In this document: piece by piece, positions 25,715-39,480 of the stretch | How positions within the stretch are numbered: the stretch's first letter is position 1 | Layout: each line of letters opens with the position of its first letter | DNA from: Styela clava | Lineage: Eukaryota | Assembly: GCF_964204865.1 (NCBI RefSeq) | Contig: NC_135258.1 | Span: forward strand, 17,088,916-17,152,915 | Direction: 5' to 3' | Length of the DNA: 64,000 nucleotides | Position numbers and translations under genes: made by a program | Notes under the pieces: model-generated | Seen by the model: only the letters and a program-made list of their open reading frames with translations | The model's database searches: none | Told to the model about the DNA's origin: nothing

Positions 25715-26035
25715 CTCTCTCTGGTTTCTGCGACTGACCCCGACTGGATGCCGTCCTTGCATGTTATAATTACCTGTGGTATCCGACTTCCTTCTTGTGT
25801 GTTGCCGGCGCTCTGTCTGTTTTGTGCCTGACCCCGTCCTGCTAACTTCAGTTCAGTAACTTCAGTTACTGGCTTTTTGATTTCCCTAAAGTGTTTTTGG
25901 GTACTCACTCTGCTTTCTGCCGCTGACCCGGACCTTCTTACTCTGCCTAGTTCACAACTAACTTCCTTCCCGTGTCATGGGGCACTCTGTCCTTCACACC
26001 CACTCAGCGCCAGATTAACCATTAAACAATATAAG
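25715..26035. repeat. Tandem pair of roughly 150-bp units (motif acttccttc..gtg....ggc.ctctgtc...ctgacccc) with related copies at 28385-28500, both next to GGGGCACCAA motifs
   Basis: The pairs ctctggtttctgcgactgaccccgac / ctctgctttctgccgctgacccggac and cttccttcttgtgtg / cttccttcccgtgtc / cttccttcctgtgc / cttccttggtgtg are seen by direct comparison. Confidence 0.4.
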
Positions 26036-26876
26036 CACGTGCTTGGGGCACCAAGCAAAGAGGGGCACCACAGAAACTTTCGAACAGAATTTTATATAGT
26101 TTATCGGTGTTTATTAAAATATTATGAGTTCACCAGACAACTCAAACTTCAAAATGTTTGCTTATTTTTTGTCTTCAAGTATCATTTTAACCTTCTTCAT
26201 TAAAAATAAACACTGAAACTTATTTATTGGACACGGAACGGCCTATGAGTCGTTTTTTTAAATTGTTGTTTTTTCTTCCTAATATTCTCCTTGTTGCTGC
26301 AATTTTGTTTTAAAAAAAAATTTTTTTTTCTACAACAATTGGACCAATGAACTATTTGCACTATATGGCGGTTCCACGACCGCATTTCAACGATCTAGTG
26401 GTCAGAGGAGTCGGGAGTTTTTTGGTAAGGTAGACCGGGGTGGTCCAAACCATGTCATGCTGACACATTTCGTGCTGCACACAGAACAATTTTAGCGTAT
26501 ATTTGTATCTAATAGCAGAACGCTTTTGAGTTTTTTTTTAGCTATTTCAACTGGGTTGGGATTCCGAGATTCAAACTCTTTTTTTCTAACGCTTTGTGCC
26601 TTTATTTTAGTAACAATACTCCTCTGTTTTCAAGCGTGGGCCATGTGCCAGTAGTGACGAAACGCAGAGCCGATTTAACGCCGCGCAATCCAGTTTTTTT
26701 TAGCTAGGTCCCGAAATACCAACTTCGACGGACTTGGTTGTTATTTGACGATGGCACTAAGCTTGCTCACGCTGCCAGTTTTTAAATTACCCAAATATAA
26801 CAATTGGTAATTAAATGCGGAAAACACGGCGGAAATTATTGCCCCTCATTCAGTGTCTGGTATAATTTCAGGTAAT

Positions 26877-27705
26877 ATATCGTCACGCTAATAACCGAAT
26901 TGCGTAAGTCATTTTTGGCGATTTTGAGTTTTTTATAAAATAGGTATTTATGTAATGCTGCGCACCTGTCTGTTAACTCAGATTTTATTTTAGGAATTTC
27001 GAAACCCCTAAAAATGGAGATTTAGTATGACATGCACATTTGTGCAATTATTTCGTCATACTGAATTATCCTTGTTACCGCAGTACTATTGTGACGTCAC
27101 AAAGGCAAAATAACCTCGGCGAAGTATTTTCGAGTTTTTGCATCTTGGATTCTAGCTTAGCGCGTATTAATTTGAATTTTTACTACAGTATAGGAAGATG
27201 TACACTTGTGATATTCACTGTCCGAGTCAAATTTACCTTGGTTGGCTTTTATATTGGGTGCATTGCTGTTTTATTCTTTATATTTAATCTTAGTCCTATT
27301 TCGGTGGGTGTGCAGAACGTGTTATATTGATGAAATATATATTTTTAAACATAAAAAATGATTTAATTGAAACTGATTAGCTATTTTGGGGATTAGACAT
27401 TGTAGATACTGAGAATTACATTCGTTTTTGGAATGTTTAGTTTTCAGGACTGGTGCATATAGTGAAGTTGCAAATTGCGTATGTCACCAAGTCATAGACA
27501 CATTTCTGCCTAAGTCACAGTGCGCCATTATGGCGTCACTTAACTGCGTCATACAAATTAACTTAAATCCGGCTACGATCAAAAAATTGAACCATGGCAA
27601 ATTATTGACTCTCAATTGCATAACAAAATCATTAGGAAGTTTTTTACGTTTTTCTCATAACTGCTAAAAATGACTTACGCAATTCGGTTATTAGCGTGAC
27701 GATAT
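26877..27705. mobile_element. Nonautonomous DNA transposon / MITE-like element bounded by a perfect 40-bp terminal inverted repeat (atatcgtcacgctaataaccgaattgcgtaagtcattttt)
   Basis: 26877-26916 is the exact reverse complement of 27666-27705. Similarity continues imperfectly for about 12 bp inward. The internal 750 bp has no transposase-like ORF. TSD is ambiguous (TA or ATAT). Confidence 0.6.
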
Positions 27706-30249
27706 GTTACGAATAAATATAGTTTGAAGCGACATTAAACGCGATGTGCGGAAAATACAACGGTAATTCCCGGGAATTAATTTTGAAATAACTGGAGGCT
27801 TTATATATCTTTTTTAAAAGAACGCGTCCAATGCAACATGATATTACTATGATCAGAACGGTAAACTCTCGTTAAATTTAAAGTTAAATGTAAAGTAAGT
27901 TAACTCGCGATATTTCTATCACTTTTGGGTTTTTTTCGACTTGCGGCCCGCGAGACCTTCTCAAAAGTTGTTGCGGCCCTTCAACCTCTCAACCTTGAAC
28001 CAGACAAAGTTAGATCACTAGGTACCGGTCAAATGTTAAACTACAACTGTGATTTATATCGTTTGGTATTTCGATTCACGTTGAGACTGGAGGCAGGAAT
28101 TTCTATTGTCACACTCTATCAGGATTAGAGCTCAACCGATATATCGGTCCGTTATTGGGTGTTTACCGATATATCATATCGGCAGTAAGCGGCTGATATT
28201 TTATAACAGTTAAAAAACCTAAAAATGTTCGTAAAAGTCGTTTTATTTACTGTTGGTTGTGATTATTTTTAATGAATAATAACTTATGTGGTTTATTGTT
28301 TTTTATGATTAAATTACACATAAGGGGGCACCAAAGTCTTCAGGGCTTAGGGCACCAAAAAGGCATATTCCGCCCCTGCACCTTGTTCCTGACTACCTTC
28401 CTGTGCTTTGGCCACTATGTCTGACCCTGGCCTGCTCTACATGGTTTACAACTTCCTTGGTGTGTTTCGGCCACTATGCCTGCGTTCTACCGCTGACCAC
28501 GTCTCTTGACCCACCGTCAAAATATCACTTAGCAGCTTTTCGTCGAGGATAATTCGGTAATTACCATGCTGCGTTCGTTTGCGCCGTAGCCTGTATGATG
28601 CACATGAAATAAATCCAACCAAGAGTGTAAAATCTTTCAACAAAAGTTTGTAAAGAAGGCCCTCTTGCCAGGTTACCAGTCCGTGTCAGTTATAGGGTAA
28701 ATCGGTTATGCTGTCCAGTTAGTCTAGTTATCAAACATAGAATCATTTATTGATGCAATCCAGTGATTTTGAATTTCTTTTATTGGTGAAGCATAACCCC
28801 AATGGAACATTTAAGAGGCTCGAGGAATCCAGTGCGATTGATTAGTTGTTTGAATGGCAGGCAACATATAGCAAATCTAATACAGACACAAAATGATTTT
28901 TATCCAAGTGTCGCAAGTTTTACAATAGTGGCAAATGTAATAGGATTACGAGTTGGGTTGCGCGAGACTAACTTACTATATTTTAAGATGTTGTTGACTA
29001 TAGGTCGAGTATTTCATGTATTTTTATAGTTTTTCTTGGCAGTTTAGTGTGGTGGCCTGTAACTTTGCTCAGAGATCGGTGTCCTTTATTTCTGAGTGAG
29101 TGCGCGTGATGTTATCAAGCTAGGCTTTTTCAGCTCATCCACCTATTAGACACTGAGTGTGCATATGGATTGTTACAAGTCAGTGAAACAAATATGCATT
29201 ATACAACTGGAGATCCAGAGTTCAGAGCTAAGTCGCGCTTATATGCAGATCCTAACCTAAACTAAAACCATAAAGGCACAAGTAAGCATTCTTACTGCTC
29301 CAACTTAAAATGGGCCGGAATCGCTTCTCTTGTGTTCTTCCTTAGCTTGGTAAGTTGGGAGAGAGCCTTCAAAGGATCAATGAAATTGTGCATGAATTAA
29401 CAAAATTCAACAGTCAATGTTATGGTTGACACGCATCATTCAACTGAGCCAAGTTTGGCAAATTTTTCCAACCAGTAGTAGCTAGACTAGCCCTACTCGT
29501 GGCCACAGTTATGAAGTTGAGACGTTGAGCCCTAGTTTTGTGAAGCTGATGACTTTATGTAAATGTTTAATCTATGGCTGCAAAAATGATATATCATGAG
29601 ATTTTTCCACCGGTAGTGGGAATGCATACAAAAAAAAACATCTCTTGCATAGGGCGTTCGCATAGGGCTAAATTGGTCGCCATGTCAATCACGCCATTGT
29701 GAAGTTGTCGCCCAACTAACGACCGTTGAATATCGCGTCACCGTCGGTCTAAAGCTGACTAACTTTTTGCGGGTGGTGGCATTTTCGTTAACCGTCGGCC
29801 TAGCTTTTTGATTGTCAAGTTCAATATCAAGTTTACAGCTTTTGGTTTTGCTGTAAAGCAACAAACCTCCAAGAACTGTACAGAGAGAACGGGATCGCAA
29901 GTGTTACCGTATTCATATTACTGGCAACAACACTATTTCCAACACATTTTTTGGGGTCATCGATACCTCTAACAATAGATCAAAATGACCAATGTCGTAG
30001 CATAGTTACGCTCTCTTATCGGCAAACGCATACGGTTTAATAGAGAAGGAGTAATCTCACTTTATGAAAATGTGATATTTTTGTGCACGATAGATGTGAT
30101 ATTCCAAAGTAATAAAAAGTTTATAACTTCTGCTCAATGATTTTAAAACAATGGTAGATCTCTAAAAAATGCCTACGTTTTATAAATCAGTTAATCGTGA
30201 TTAGAGGGATTCGTTTACAATTTTTGTTTCCGAAGGCCTGCAAAATACG

Positions 30250-30494
30250 GATCTTTTGTACAGAGCCTCCATTGCTAATGCAAAATGTGAAAAAAACCAC
30301 GTTCTGAAATAACAAGTTAGTAACTATCCAGTTGCGGTTCGGGTTAGGAATGATTTGAGGTTTTGAATTTCCGACGCAATCTGGATTCTTATCCCCCACC
30401 CACCCTAGAAATGTAATTGAAATATTTATAATTTACATTTAATTTTTTGAGCGAAGGCGGTGGTTTTTTATAAAGAATCTTCATACAAAGGATC
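30250..30494. mobile_element. MITE, 'GATCTTTTGTACAAAG' family copy (245 bp) with a 7/8-matching 8-bp TSD (CAAAATAC / CGAAATAC)
   Basis: The terminals ggatcttttgtacagagcctcc ... ggcggtgg...tacaaaggatcc are inverted. The internal block tatccagttgcggttcgggttaggaatgatttgagg is shared with the other family copies. Confidence 0.6.
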
Positions 30495-31060
30495 CCGAAA
30501 TACTTTCTGAGGCATTATCAACCAGAATTTTGCATATTAACGCGACACAAAATGTCATGAAGAAAGATTCGATAATGTGTAGGTTGATATTACCATTGGG
30601 GGAAAGGGTAAATCGTAACGAATCCTAAAATTTTTATGCAACTGTCGACGCAATTAGGCAGGCCACTCGTGAAAAGAGACCACTTTTTCGACAATTAATG
30701 TTTTTTACCGGTATGTTATGTTGTCGGTTAGCGATTTTGCAGTTGTGCAAAGTATTTCATTGGCGACCATAGTAGTCTATTTATAATTTATTATAAATTA
30801 AATATAAATATATAATGCGGCTGCGCCCACAAATTAAAAACATTACTATGATGAAATATCACTTCACATCCAATCAATCAATCTACCGCCATAAAAATGC
30901 TGTGGTATTCGAATGGAAATTCGGATCTCGAACATCCGAGCCGAGCGTTTATATTGCATTATATAATTGAATAACATCAGCTGTATGGATGCCGTTGTTC
31001 GTTTAGTAGATGAAAAACAACAGGTATCATACGGTAGCACAACTAAAAATTGTGCGGCCC

Positions 31061-31106
31061 GCTCACTCAGCGGTGACTGATAAAGTGGCCCGCGGCAGCA
31101 AATGGG
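31061..31106. mobile_element. Miniature hAT-derived remnant (cagcggtgac ... gtggcccgcgg ... gtcacccctg)
   Basis: A 10-bp inverted terminus matches the TIR and subterminal GC-rich motif of the 20488 hAT element. No clear TSD. Confidence 0.3.
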
Positions 31107-31554
31107 TTCGTCACCCCTGGTCTAAAGGATAATGGCAAAAGGTAAATTTTTCTTCCTCCACCCCTGCCTGGTTTTACTTTGAAATGTGAAAAAAATTACT
31201 CATGTTTGCTAAACTCGATTCTGCAGATAAATAAAAATAAAGTACTTCATTGTTACGTAACATTAAAGGCAAACACTACGCAATGAAAAGTAATCGACAT
31301 AGAAAGGTAAAATGAATTTATTGATTCATATACGCAGCATTTATATAAAAAAAAATATATATCCAATCATATTTTAGGTATGTTTAACACAATTCTGTTA
31401 GTTTTCGCGGCGCATTTGGCAACTCGCTGCATTACATCATTTTTCTTTATCAATTTCATTTTTGGTGTTCCGTGAGGCGACATAAAAATTGCGAATGTTC
31501 CGTGGCGAAAAAAGTTTGAGAAACGCTGGTTTAGGGTAGGGGTGGCGGGAGTAA

Positions 31555-31690
31555 GCCGCCGGCAATCCCCTGATACTAAATTATCGCCTACGGTATTCGA
31601 ACCTGCGAATCCAAGCGGGGTAAGAGATCAAGCGTATTCCTGAGGCTTAGCACGATGCGCCACTCAACGCGAACGACGTCAGCTGCAGTG
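31555..31690 (-). other. Degenerate tRNA-like sequence (type-II/Leu-like with GGTTCGAAT T-loop), probably a tRNA pseudogene or tRNA-derived SINE head. Not a functional tRNA.
   Basis: The minus strand reads GCGTTGAGTGGCGCATCGTGCTAAGCC...GATCTCTTACCCCGC...GCAGGTTCGAATACCGTAG. The T-stem and anticodon stem do not pair properly. A hAT-like end (caggggtgggcaac, 31745) is adjacent. Confidence 0.25.
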
Positions 31691-32651
31691 CACTGGCTGA
31701 CATAGATACTGAATACATTAAAATACGTGTATACCCTTACCCTGAATCAGGGGTGGGCAACTTATCTAGTCGACAGGCCAGATGTGAGAAAATGAAGTCC
31801 TCGGTGCGACGGATTATTACAAAAAATACTTCGGTATCCAATCGTTGTTAAATGCTCGACACTCTCTGTCAACTTTACGTTTCTTGGGATATTCCATGGT
31901 TAATAAAGTGCTTCATACGGACATAGGGTCTCCGCGATCTATTCGTTTACTCAAAATGGCATTAACAACATTTAAAAGGCAGCAAATACATCCGAGTTAT
32001 TAAATATAGTAATTTCAATTCACTCATTAATATTGATCGGTAAGTTAAAATTTGTTTTTGTTACCTTCTTATTGTGGGGTTACGTCAATAACAGTCCACC
32101 TCTTCACGAACTCCATAACACCAAATATTTGAATGGTCTCGAATAGATGATTTATATATTATCAGTTGTTGTCGTCGGTTTGCTCTTGTATTGAGCAGTC
32201 AATTATTTACTTCACATAGAACCGTGATTAATGCTGTTGCTGATGTTATGTTTCCGCCGTTTGGTTTGGGCGAAGAAATTACTATACAGTAGGCACCAAA
32301 ACAACTTCACATTATGACCTCCCTTTTTAAACGACATAGCCGGCACGTTTTTGTACGAAAACTTAAAATTATTCTTGGCTGCGCAAATCAATGAGCTAAG
32401 ATTTGTACGCCAATGCATAGAATGCATTGATATAACGCTAAACTTGTACACGCCGTTATTCTTTCATTGAGTTGTGGGAGGGTTACATTTTTGATGGCAT
32501 TCACGTGCGCGTTTACTCTACAAATATAAACAGACAAATATAATGGAATTGCTGGATTCTTTGTACTAAGCTCCCGTCACTGATGCAAAAGTGTGTGATC
32601 TGAGATAAACACCCCTGTCACGTTTTAAAATAAAAAATAAGTAAATATGCA

Positions 32652-32796
32652 GTTAGGGTTTTGGGTTAGGAACGATTTGAAAATTTGAATTTCCGACTGA
32701 ATCTGAATCCCTCACCATATCTGAATATTTACTATTTCTATTTAATACGAGCGTTGGCGGGGTGTTGTTTTGGGGCGGTGTTTGGTACAAAAGATC
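32652..32796. mobile_element. 5'-truncated copy of the same MITE family
   Basis: It has gggttaggaacgatttgaaaatttgaatttccgac ... ggcggggtg...ggtacaaaagatc. The right TIR is present and the left TIR is absent. Confidence 0.4.
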
Positions 32797-33508
32797 ATGA
32801 GAATATTACTGTGAACTAGGTATTATACGATGCATGAAGCAAATCCCAACCGTCATTTGCATTCTGCATCGTTGAGATCATGCGTCAGAAGCGTGATCGG
32901 CTAGTAACGACAACCTGGAGTAATTAAAGTAATCAGTTAAAAACAATTGATTACTAACAATCAGTTAGCTTTTTTCGTCAAATATTTTTGCGCGGGAAGC
33001 CACAAGCGACATCGCGTTTAGTCAGTCACAAATGTTCGTGGTAAAATGAGGTTTGATTTTGTGTATGATGTGTGGATAGGCTGACTGTGGGTTATGACAG
33101 TGAGTTCGAAACAATATTCAGGTGAGCTAAATGTTCTTTATACCTATTGTTTTCATTGATATTATATTTCTTTCATTTTACTATTGTATAAGTGGTAAAT
33201 TAGAGGTTTTCGGGCATATACGAATTGGGATTATTAACCAAATACAGAAGTCTAGATTGATGGATGATTCTCTTTTGTATCGAACTCACTAACAGCGGGT
33301 TCCGTCGTTTCCTCACAAATAGGCCGTAAAAAGAAACTTAAACGTGATACACTGATCTACGTGACTACGTAAGCTGCATTCAACATGGTACGCTTTACAT
33401 GAATGTAATGCATAACTTTCAAATCTTTCGCAAATGTAGCGCAAAATCCATGGTTTAATAGAGATTCGCCGTAGCCTTTCAACTTTAATATATTACTGTG
33501 TATAGATT

Positions 33509-33685
33509 GGATCTTTGTACAAAGACCCTACTAACGTTCAAAATAAGAGAATTCGTAATTATCCAGTTTAAGTTAGAAAGGCAGATTGCGCTGAAACTTC
33601 AAATTTTTAAATCATTCCTAACCCCAAATGGATAATAACTAATATGTCATTTTAAAACGTGGCGGGAGCTTTGTGCAAAAGATCC
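33509..33685. mobile_element. MITE, same family (177 bp, opposite orientation), TSD TATAGATT / GATAGATT
   Basis: The terminals ggatctttgtacaaagaccc ... ggcgggagctttgtgcaaaagatcc are inverted. It shares the internal ccagtt...cctaacccc block. Confidence 0.6.
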
Positions 33686-34689
33686 GATAGATTCAGTCCA
33701 ACTGTCCATCGAGTATGCTAGCTACAGTTCTGCGATAGTTTATTTATCAATATCTTAACTTTTTTTCAGGTGCAGAAATATTAAAGGTTAAAGATTCAAA
33801 GACACAAAGTAACGGACGGGGAATATTACAAGTAAATATTATTTGAACATTTTATTTGACTTTCGACGCCTATTGATTCCTGTATACCACTGTTTTCGTC
33901 TAAAATGCTAAACAATTCGATGCGAGCGCACCGCGTCTCGGGTCTTCCGATCAGAGTCAGCATTGTTATGCCATGGGCACTAATTTGATCGCGTGTTTTC
34001 TCTCGAAATTGTAAGATTTACATTTTGCACAAGTTTTAATAATTGTATTTCGAAGCAGAAGTCCAAAACAGTACTATAAATATAATACCTTGTATCAAAT
34101 TGGTGTACTCTTTGCGCCCCCTAAAATTCGTTGCGCGCTTCCCTGCTCGATAGCGATCCCGAGTTTGCGATCCCAACCGTGAACAATGCGATACTGCTAC
34201 AAGTTACTGATCATAGGTAATTAGTCATATACTCCATCAAACAGTAATAAAACTACATTGGGTATTTTGTTGTTATTTCAATATTTGCACTTTGAAAACT
34301 ACACCTGATATGTTATAAAGTATATACCTATTTGAAATTTAATGGCAATCGCTGAAGAAATTTTATTCGTCTAAATTTTCTAAGTTTTGGATTTTATAAA
34401 ATTATATGTCAAAATTTACCCGTTACGTATTTTATTAAAACTCACGTATATTTTTGAAGAAAATATTCAGAAAAGAGTCTTACTTTAAGAATACAAACTG
34501 AGGTACAATATGATACACTAACCTATCATTTTAAATAACTATCATTTTAACATAAGCATAGCTTTGCAGTGTCTCTGTCAAATAACATTTGTGTGAATTA
34601 ACTACTTGGAAATGCCATAGTATGCTCAACAAAATTTATTTTAATTCAAATTTAGAATTGGCTTAAACAAAATCACGACATATATATTA

Positions 34690-35010
34690 ATTTTCAGCAT
34701 TTTAAAACAGGACAATTTATCATTGCACCAAAAGAAATTTGTCAAGTGTCAGGTTTTCATCATTGAGTGAGATGGAGGCCCATCAAGTCTGAAGAGCAAG
34801 TATGTAACCAAATCATTTGAAATCTTTCAATTTACATGTCTATAAATAAATGATATATTGTATTTTTTCGGAAAATCTACAGACAAATTATTCCTTTTAA
34901 TATATTGAGTATAAGCTTAGTTTTGTTTCGTCTGTCAAATGAAATTTTCTATAAATTACAACCTCAAAATTTCATAACAACATGATTCGCACAACTACCG
35001 TTTTATTCTG
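34690..35010. repeat. Dispersed repeat family (..caatttatcatt...gagtgagatgga.gcc...tctgaagagcaagtatgtaa....ttcgcacaactaccgtttt.ttctggcta), copies also at 36285-36600, 38640-38830, 44270-44700 and a fragment at 45250-45300
   Basis: Multiple shared blocks were read directly (gacagagttcgaacaactata, aagagcaagtatgt, atgattcgcacaacta.cgttt). Confidence 0.4.
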
Positions 35011-38000
35011 GCTATTGAGTCGGCCCAATGAATAAGGCGGGGGTCATTTTTTAGAAATAAAATTGGGCTTTTTTTCGTTCCCACCCAATAGCCGAGACAC
35101 AATATTGCATTACATTATATATGTAGTATATTATATATGTAGTATATAGTATAATGGCCGTTTATGTCACACAATATTCAGTCCATGACAACGACAAGAA
35201 TTTAAAATGTCTTTCTATTTTAATTTAATTGTGTTCATGGTAACTCGCGGTTGCGTCGACTTACAACAAGATGAAAGCATTACTTTTTTAAAATGCCACG
35301 GCAATCGGCGAACATAATAATGTGAGAATATATTTCCCGATTATATTTAATTTTGATACATATTTTTTGCGATCTTGCGAATTTGTTATCGCCGTTAGGA
35401 AAATCCTACTTTCTGCTATAAAGTTCCAGAAAGTACAACTTGATTTAGTACTTATTAAAAAGATATTCAAAGTTTATTAGTAAATCAAAAATACATATTC
35501 ATCGTCTTGCTTTACTATTAAATTAATTGTGATGATTTTAATCTGCAATTGTGTTGACGAAATAAAAGCAATATTACTCAGAAAATATCAAAGTGGTTAA
35601 GTGTCCGATTATATATATTTTTTGATTCGTATTTTTGTGAATTCGCCAAATAAGAGCTATTCGTACAATAGCGCTCCAGTACTGTACGTACCAATGTAGG
35701 GCAAAGAATCGTAAGGAAGAATGCCCTGGTACGTACGTATAATACGGTAGCACCCGAAATTTTGCGATATGTAATGTCTAAAAAAGCGTTATTAATCGGT
35801 CTCGGACGATCATAAAACAAAACTTATGGTGCTATCCGTTTTATTTTTAGTATTTTGTATTACCACTTTTCAATTTAAAAAATTTAAGTTGCCACCACAT
35901 TGACACCTACCAGAAATAAAATATTTTTCGTTGTTCGAACTCGGAAATTCGTAAGTGAGTTGTGAAATCCAATCGTTTGATTAAGCGACGCGTCACCTGT
36001 TACCAAATTTTCGAATAGTAAATTGCTATTCTAATAGTTGAATATTGAAGTATATGCCCAGTCCAACACATTGACCAGTAATTATTTACTCGAATAATTT
36101 ACTCGTTATTTGAATAAACTTCCCTTTTATGTTTCATGTAAATCGTAACTTGGCTGATAGTTTCGCAAGTTTCATTTGCAGCCCGCAGTGAATTTCTGGC
36201 TCGTTGCGGACTTATTCAAATGCTCCGCGGACTCATTTGAGACCGCGGATTCTGGTTGGGAAACACTATTCTAAAGTATAAGCATGGCTTCTCTGTGCTC
36301 CTGTCAAATTACATTTTCTGTAACCTGTAAACTTAGACTTAATAATGACAGAGTTCGAACAACTATATTTAATTCAAATCAATATTATACAAAATTTACC
36401 TACATTTTATTATTTCATATAAATTTCAGCTTTCTGAAACACTTCTTGAAAGCGGGAAAGACAATTTATCATTATATTTAAAGACATGCTGGAGGCAATT
36501 GTCCGATTATGCATCACTGAGAGAGGTGGCTGCCTCGAGTCTAAAGAGCAAGTATGTTATCATAATCTATTGAATTTTCCTAATTTACATTCATCACCAT
36601 TATTCACAGATCCCCACAATAAATTTTGAAATTGTTATTTATTACTATTCCTAAGTAGGTTAAAATTACTTTACTTAATTTAAATGGTAAACATTTTTGA
36701 TAGGCTTAATACCAGACATAAATAAATCTAAATTTCATAGATAAATATATTAAGGCTGTAAACTCAACAAACATAATATCAAATTTGAGGTCGAACACCC
36801 TTTTGGTGTTTTTGGAATACTGAAAAAGTTCCAATAACGTACGCGATGGCATTTTGGTAGAATCGCCGATAGTTTTTGTCAGCGTGACGTGTTTTTATTA
36901 AACAACTTATGTGCTTATTCTCGTTGAATCACAAATTTTCCCTGGCATATGCATGTATTGTTCCACGAGGCCTACGATAACTTTTTTTTTTCTTGTGCGG
37001 AATTATGAGTTCAGTGTGGAAACAAGTTGGAATACTATATTATAAAAATCGGTGGGGAGAATCGGCATTATAAAATATTAAAACTAAAATCAAAAACGGA
37101 AGATTTCACCATTAGTTTTGTTTTGGCAGTCTCGTAGCAGATTGAAAACGCTTTTGAGACATTGTAAATTTGTATTATATTAGGATTTCTTTAAATTGTG
37201 TACAACTATACAATATAGTAACTGAAATCGAAACACGGTGAATTGTTCGCGCGATGTACCTTTTGTCTATTTTAAAACTAACGATGGAGCCCAATACGAC
37301 TTTTTCTCCGTATGTGACGATATATAAGATAATTAATGCAAAATATATCGATCAATTTTTTTTGCAATATTTTAAATTACAATCGTCCGTATTTTGTCCA
37401 TATCTTTAAAACAATTTTGAGTGCCGAAAAAACAAATCAAATTTGACTAACCTCAAAATACGATTCCGGTCTACGTATAGTTGGCAGTTTGAAACGTATT
37501 ATATGCAGTTTTTAAATAGTGATTTTTCATTTTAATAATCGTAAAAGTTTTCTCGACTAAATTCAAGTAACGAGAACACCATTAAATTACTATGAAATTA
37601 CTATCACAAGACATTTTAAATGCTTGCACCGGCTATGAATGGAATTTTTTACTCGAGAAAAAACTTTTTATCCACTGCGATCCTACTTATAGATAATGTC
37701 ACATTTGAATTTACGCTCGTTATCATATTTCGACGCTACTGGTGTCAAATTTTATCAATGATGTTATTACTTTTTTTGACAGTCACAAAATTAGCCAAGT
37801 CATTATTTTAATAAGTAATCGAATGGCTCGCGGAGCCCCTAAGTTTCTCTCACCGAGCACATTGAGAACCTCAGCACTAATAGACCAAGGGAGAAATTTT
37901 CGTAAGAGTGTTTGAAGTATCGTTGTACATGTTTAATACCCGAGTTTTAGGCAGAATATTGTACAATTTTAGCATCTTTTCGAAAATTAGCTGTTTGCAT

Positions 38001-39294
38001 CTAATATTTAAATATTCACTCCAGCTTACCATATTAAGATTTTGTGGCAACGCTTCCAAATGGCCAAAAACTTAATATGGATACGCATTATCGCGATAGT
38101 TACCTTATGGGCAGGCTTGTCCATGGGAACGTCCCATGGGATGGGACACTACACATTTGTATTTTACGTGGGACACGAAATCAGTATGATTTTCGGGAAA
38201 ATGGTAGTAAAAAATTCATTATGGATTCCGTGTTCATATATTTGAGCATAGCCCTCTTGTTAGGTATAAAGAGCAAAACATATACACTATACAGCATCAA
38301 CAATATACTTCGTGAAGGGGCTGACACATAGATATGAATATAAAGTTAACAAAGTCCGTAAATGTTGTTGTTTTGCATGTCTCTTCTTACATGTAGTTCT
38401 ATTTATTAGACGCTAAACCTAAATTTAACAATTTTTATTGAATTTTATTACAATGGGAATCCCATGGGATGGGATGGGAATGGGACAAAAAAACATGATC
38501 CAAGGACAGGCCTGCTTATGTCTATATTTATTAGCATGTGTCGCATAATCATATATTGTTATTTATTTTGTTAAATTCATTTTGAAACTGATTTGTTTTT
38601 TCCAATCGTGTGAATTATACTTGTAAGTTGTATATCTATCAACAAATATTATTGGTAATTTTTCGGGAAACCTGCAGACAGAGTATTATTTTTATTATAT
38701 TAAGTATAAACTCAGCTTTGGTTTGTCTGTCAAAAGAAATTTTCTATGGAAAACCCCCAAAATACTTTATAATATCATGATTCGCACAACTATCGTTTTT
38801 TTCTGGCTAATAAGCGAATAAGACAAGAATAAATTTTAGCAATATAAAATTGTGTTTTTGTCATATTACTGCCCAATATTCGAGTTAAAATTTGCATTAC
38901 TTTGTTCCAAATTTTGTCAGATTTTTGTCATTCCTGAGAAGGAACTTTTTCCTTTGTGTTTGCAGTAATGATGTTAGTTTAGACACCAAAGCACTCTCAT
39001 AGTTTTATATGGCAAAGTCTTTAGAACCGGACCCGTGTTCATTTCTACGTCGGCATGAAACTTAATATTCTACTCCAAAAAACTGACCGTAATTTAGCAT
39101 TAAAAAGGTATCAGCAATTATTCACTGGGACAATGGTTTTCAAACGATGGGGCGCGCCTTGTAAAATGGGCGTAGAAATTTTTGAGGGAGGATGTAGATA
39201 ATTAAATCTATTTTTTGTTTGTTGGAATGGCATTTTTTGGATATTTACATTAATTCTTAAACATGGCAACTCATTTCTATGTATAATGAATTAA

Positions 39295-39480
39295 ATTGAG
39301 CACACACTGAGTTTTGCGGATACAAGCATGTCTGTATATCCTGTATCATTTCTATAAGTATATTGCGTCCTTCATTAATAGCATAGTCATTATTATCCTG
39401 CATAGGATTTACTGATTTAATTTTATGAGCCAATCTGGCTAATCTCATATATGTAATTTGAAATTATCATGGTCTATGAT
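39295..39480. repeat. Dispersed or segmental repeat, second copy at 41165-41375 (gcggatacaagcatgtct.tat ... ttatgagc.aa ... aattatcatggtctat)
   Basis: Shared ordered blocks in the same orientation. The second copy abuts a hAT-like end (ccagtggtttccaaac, 41385). Confidence 0.5.
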
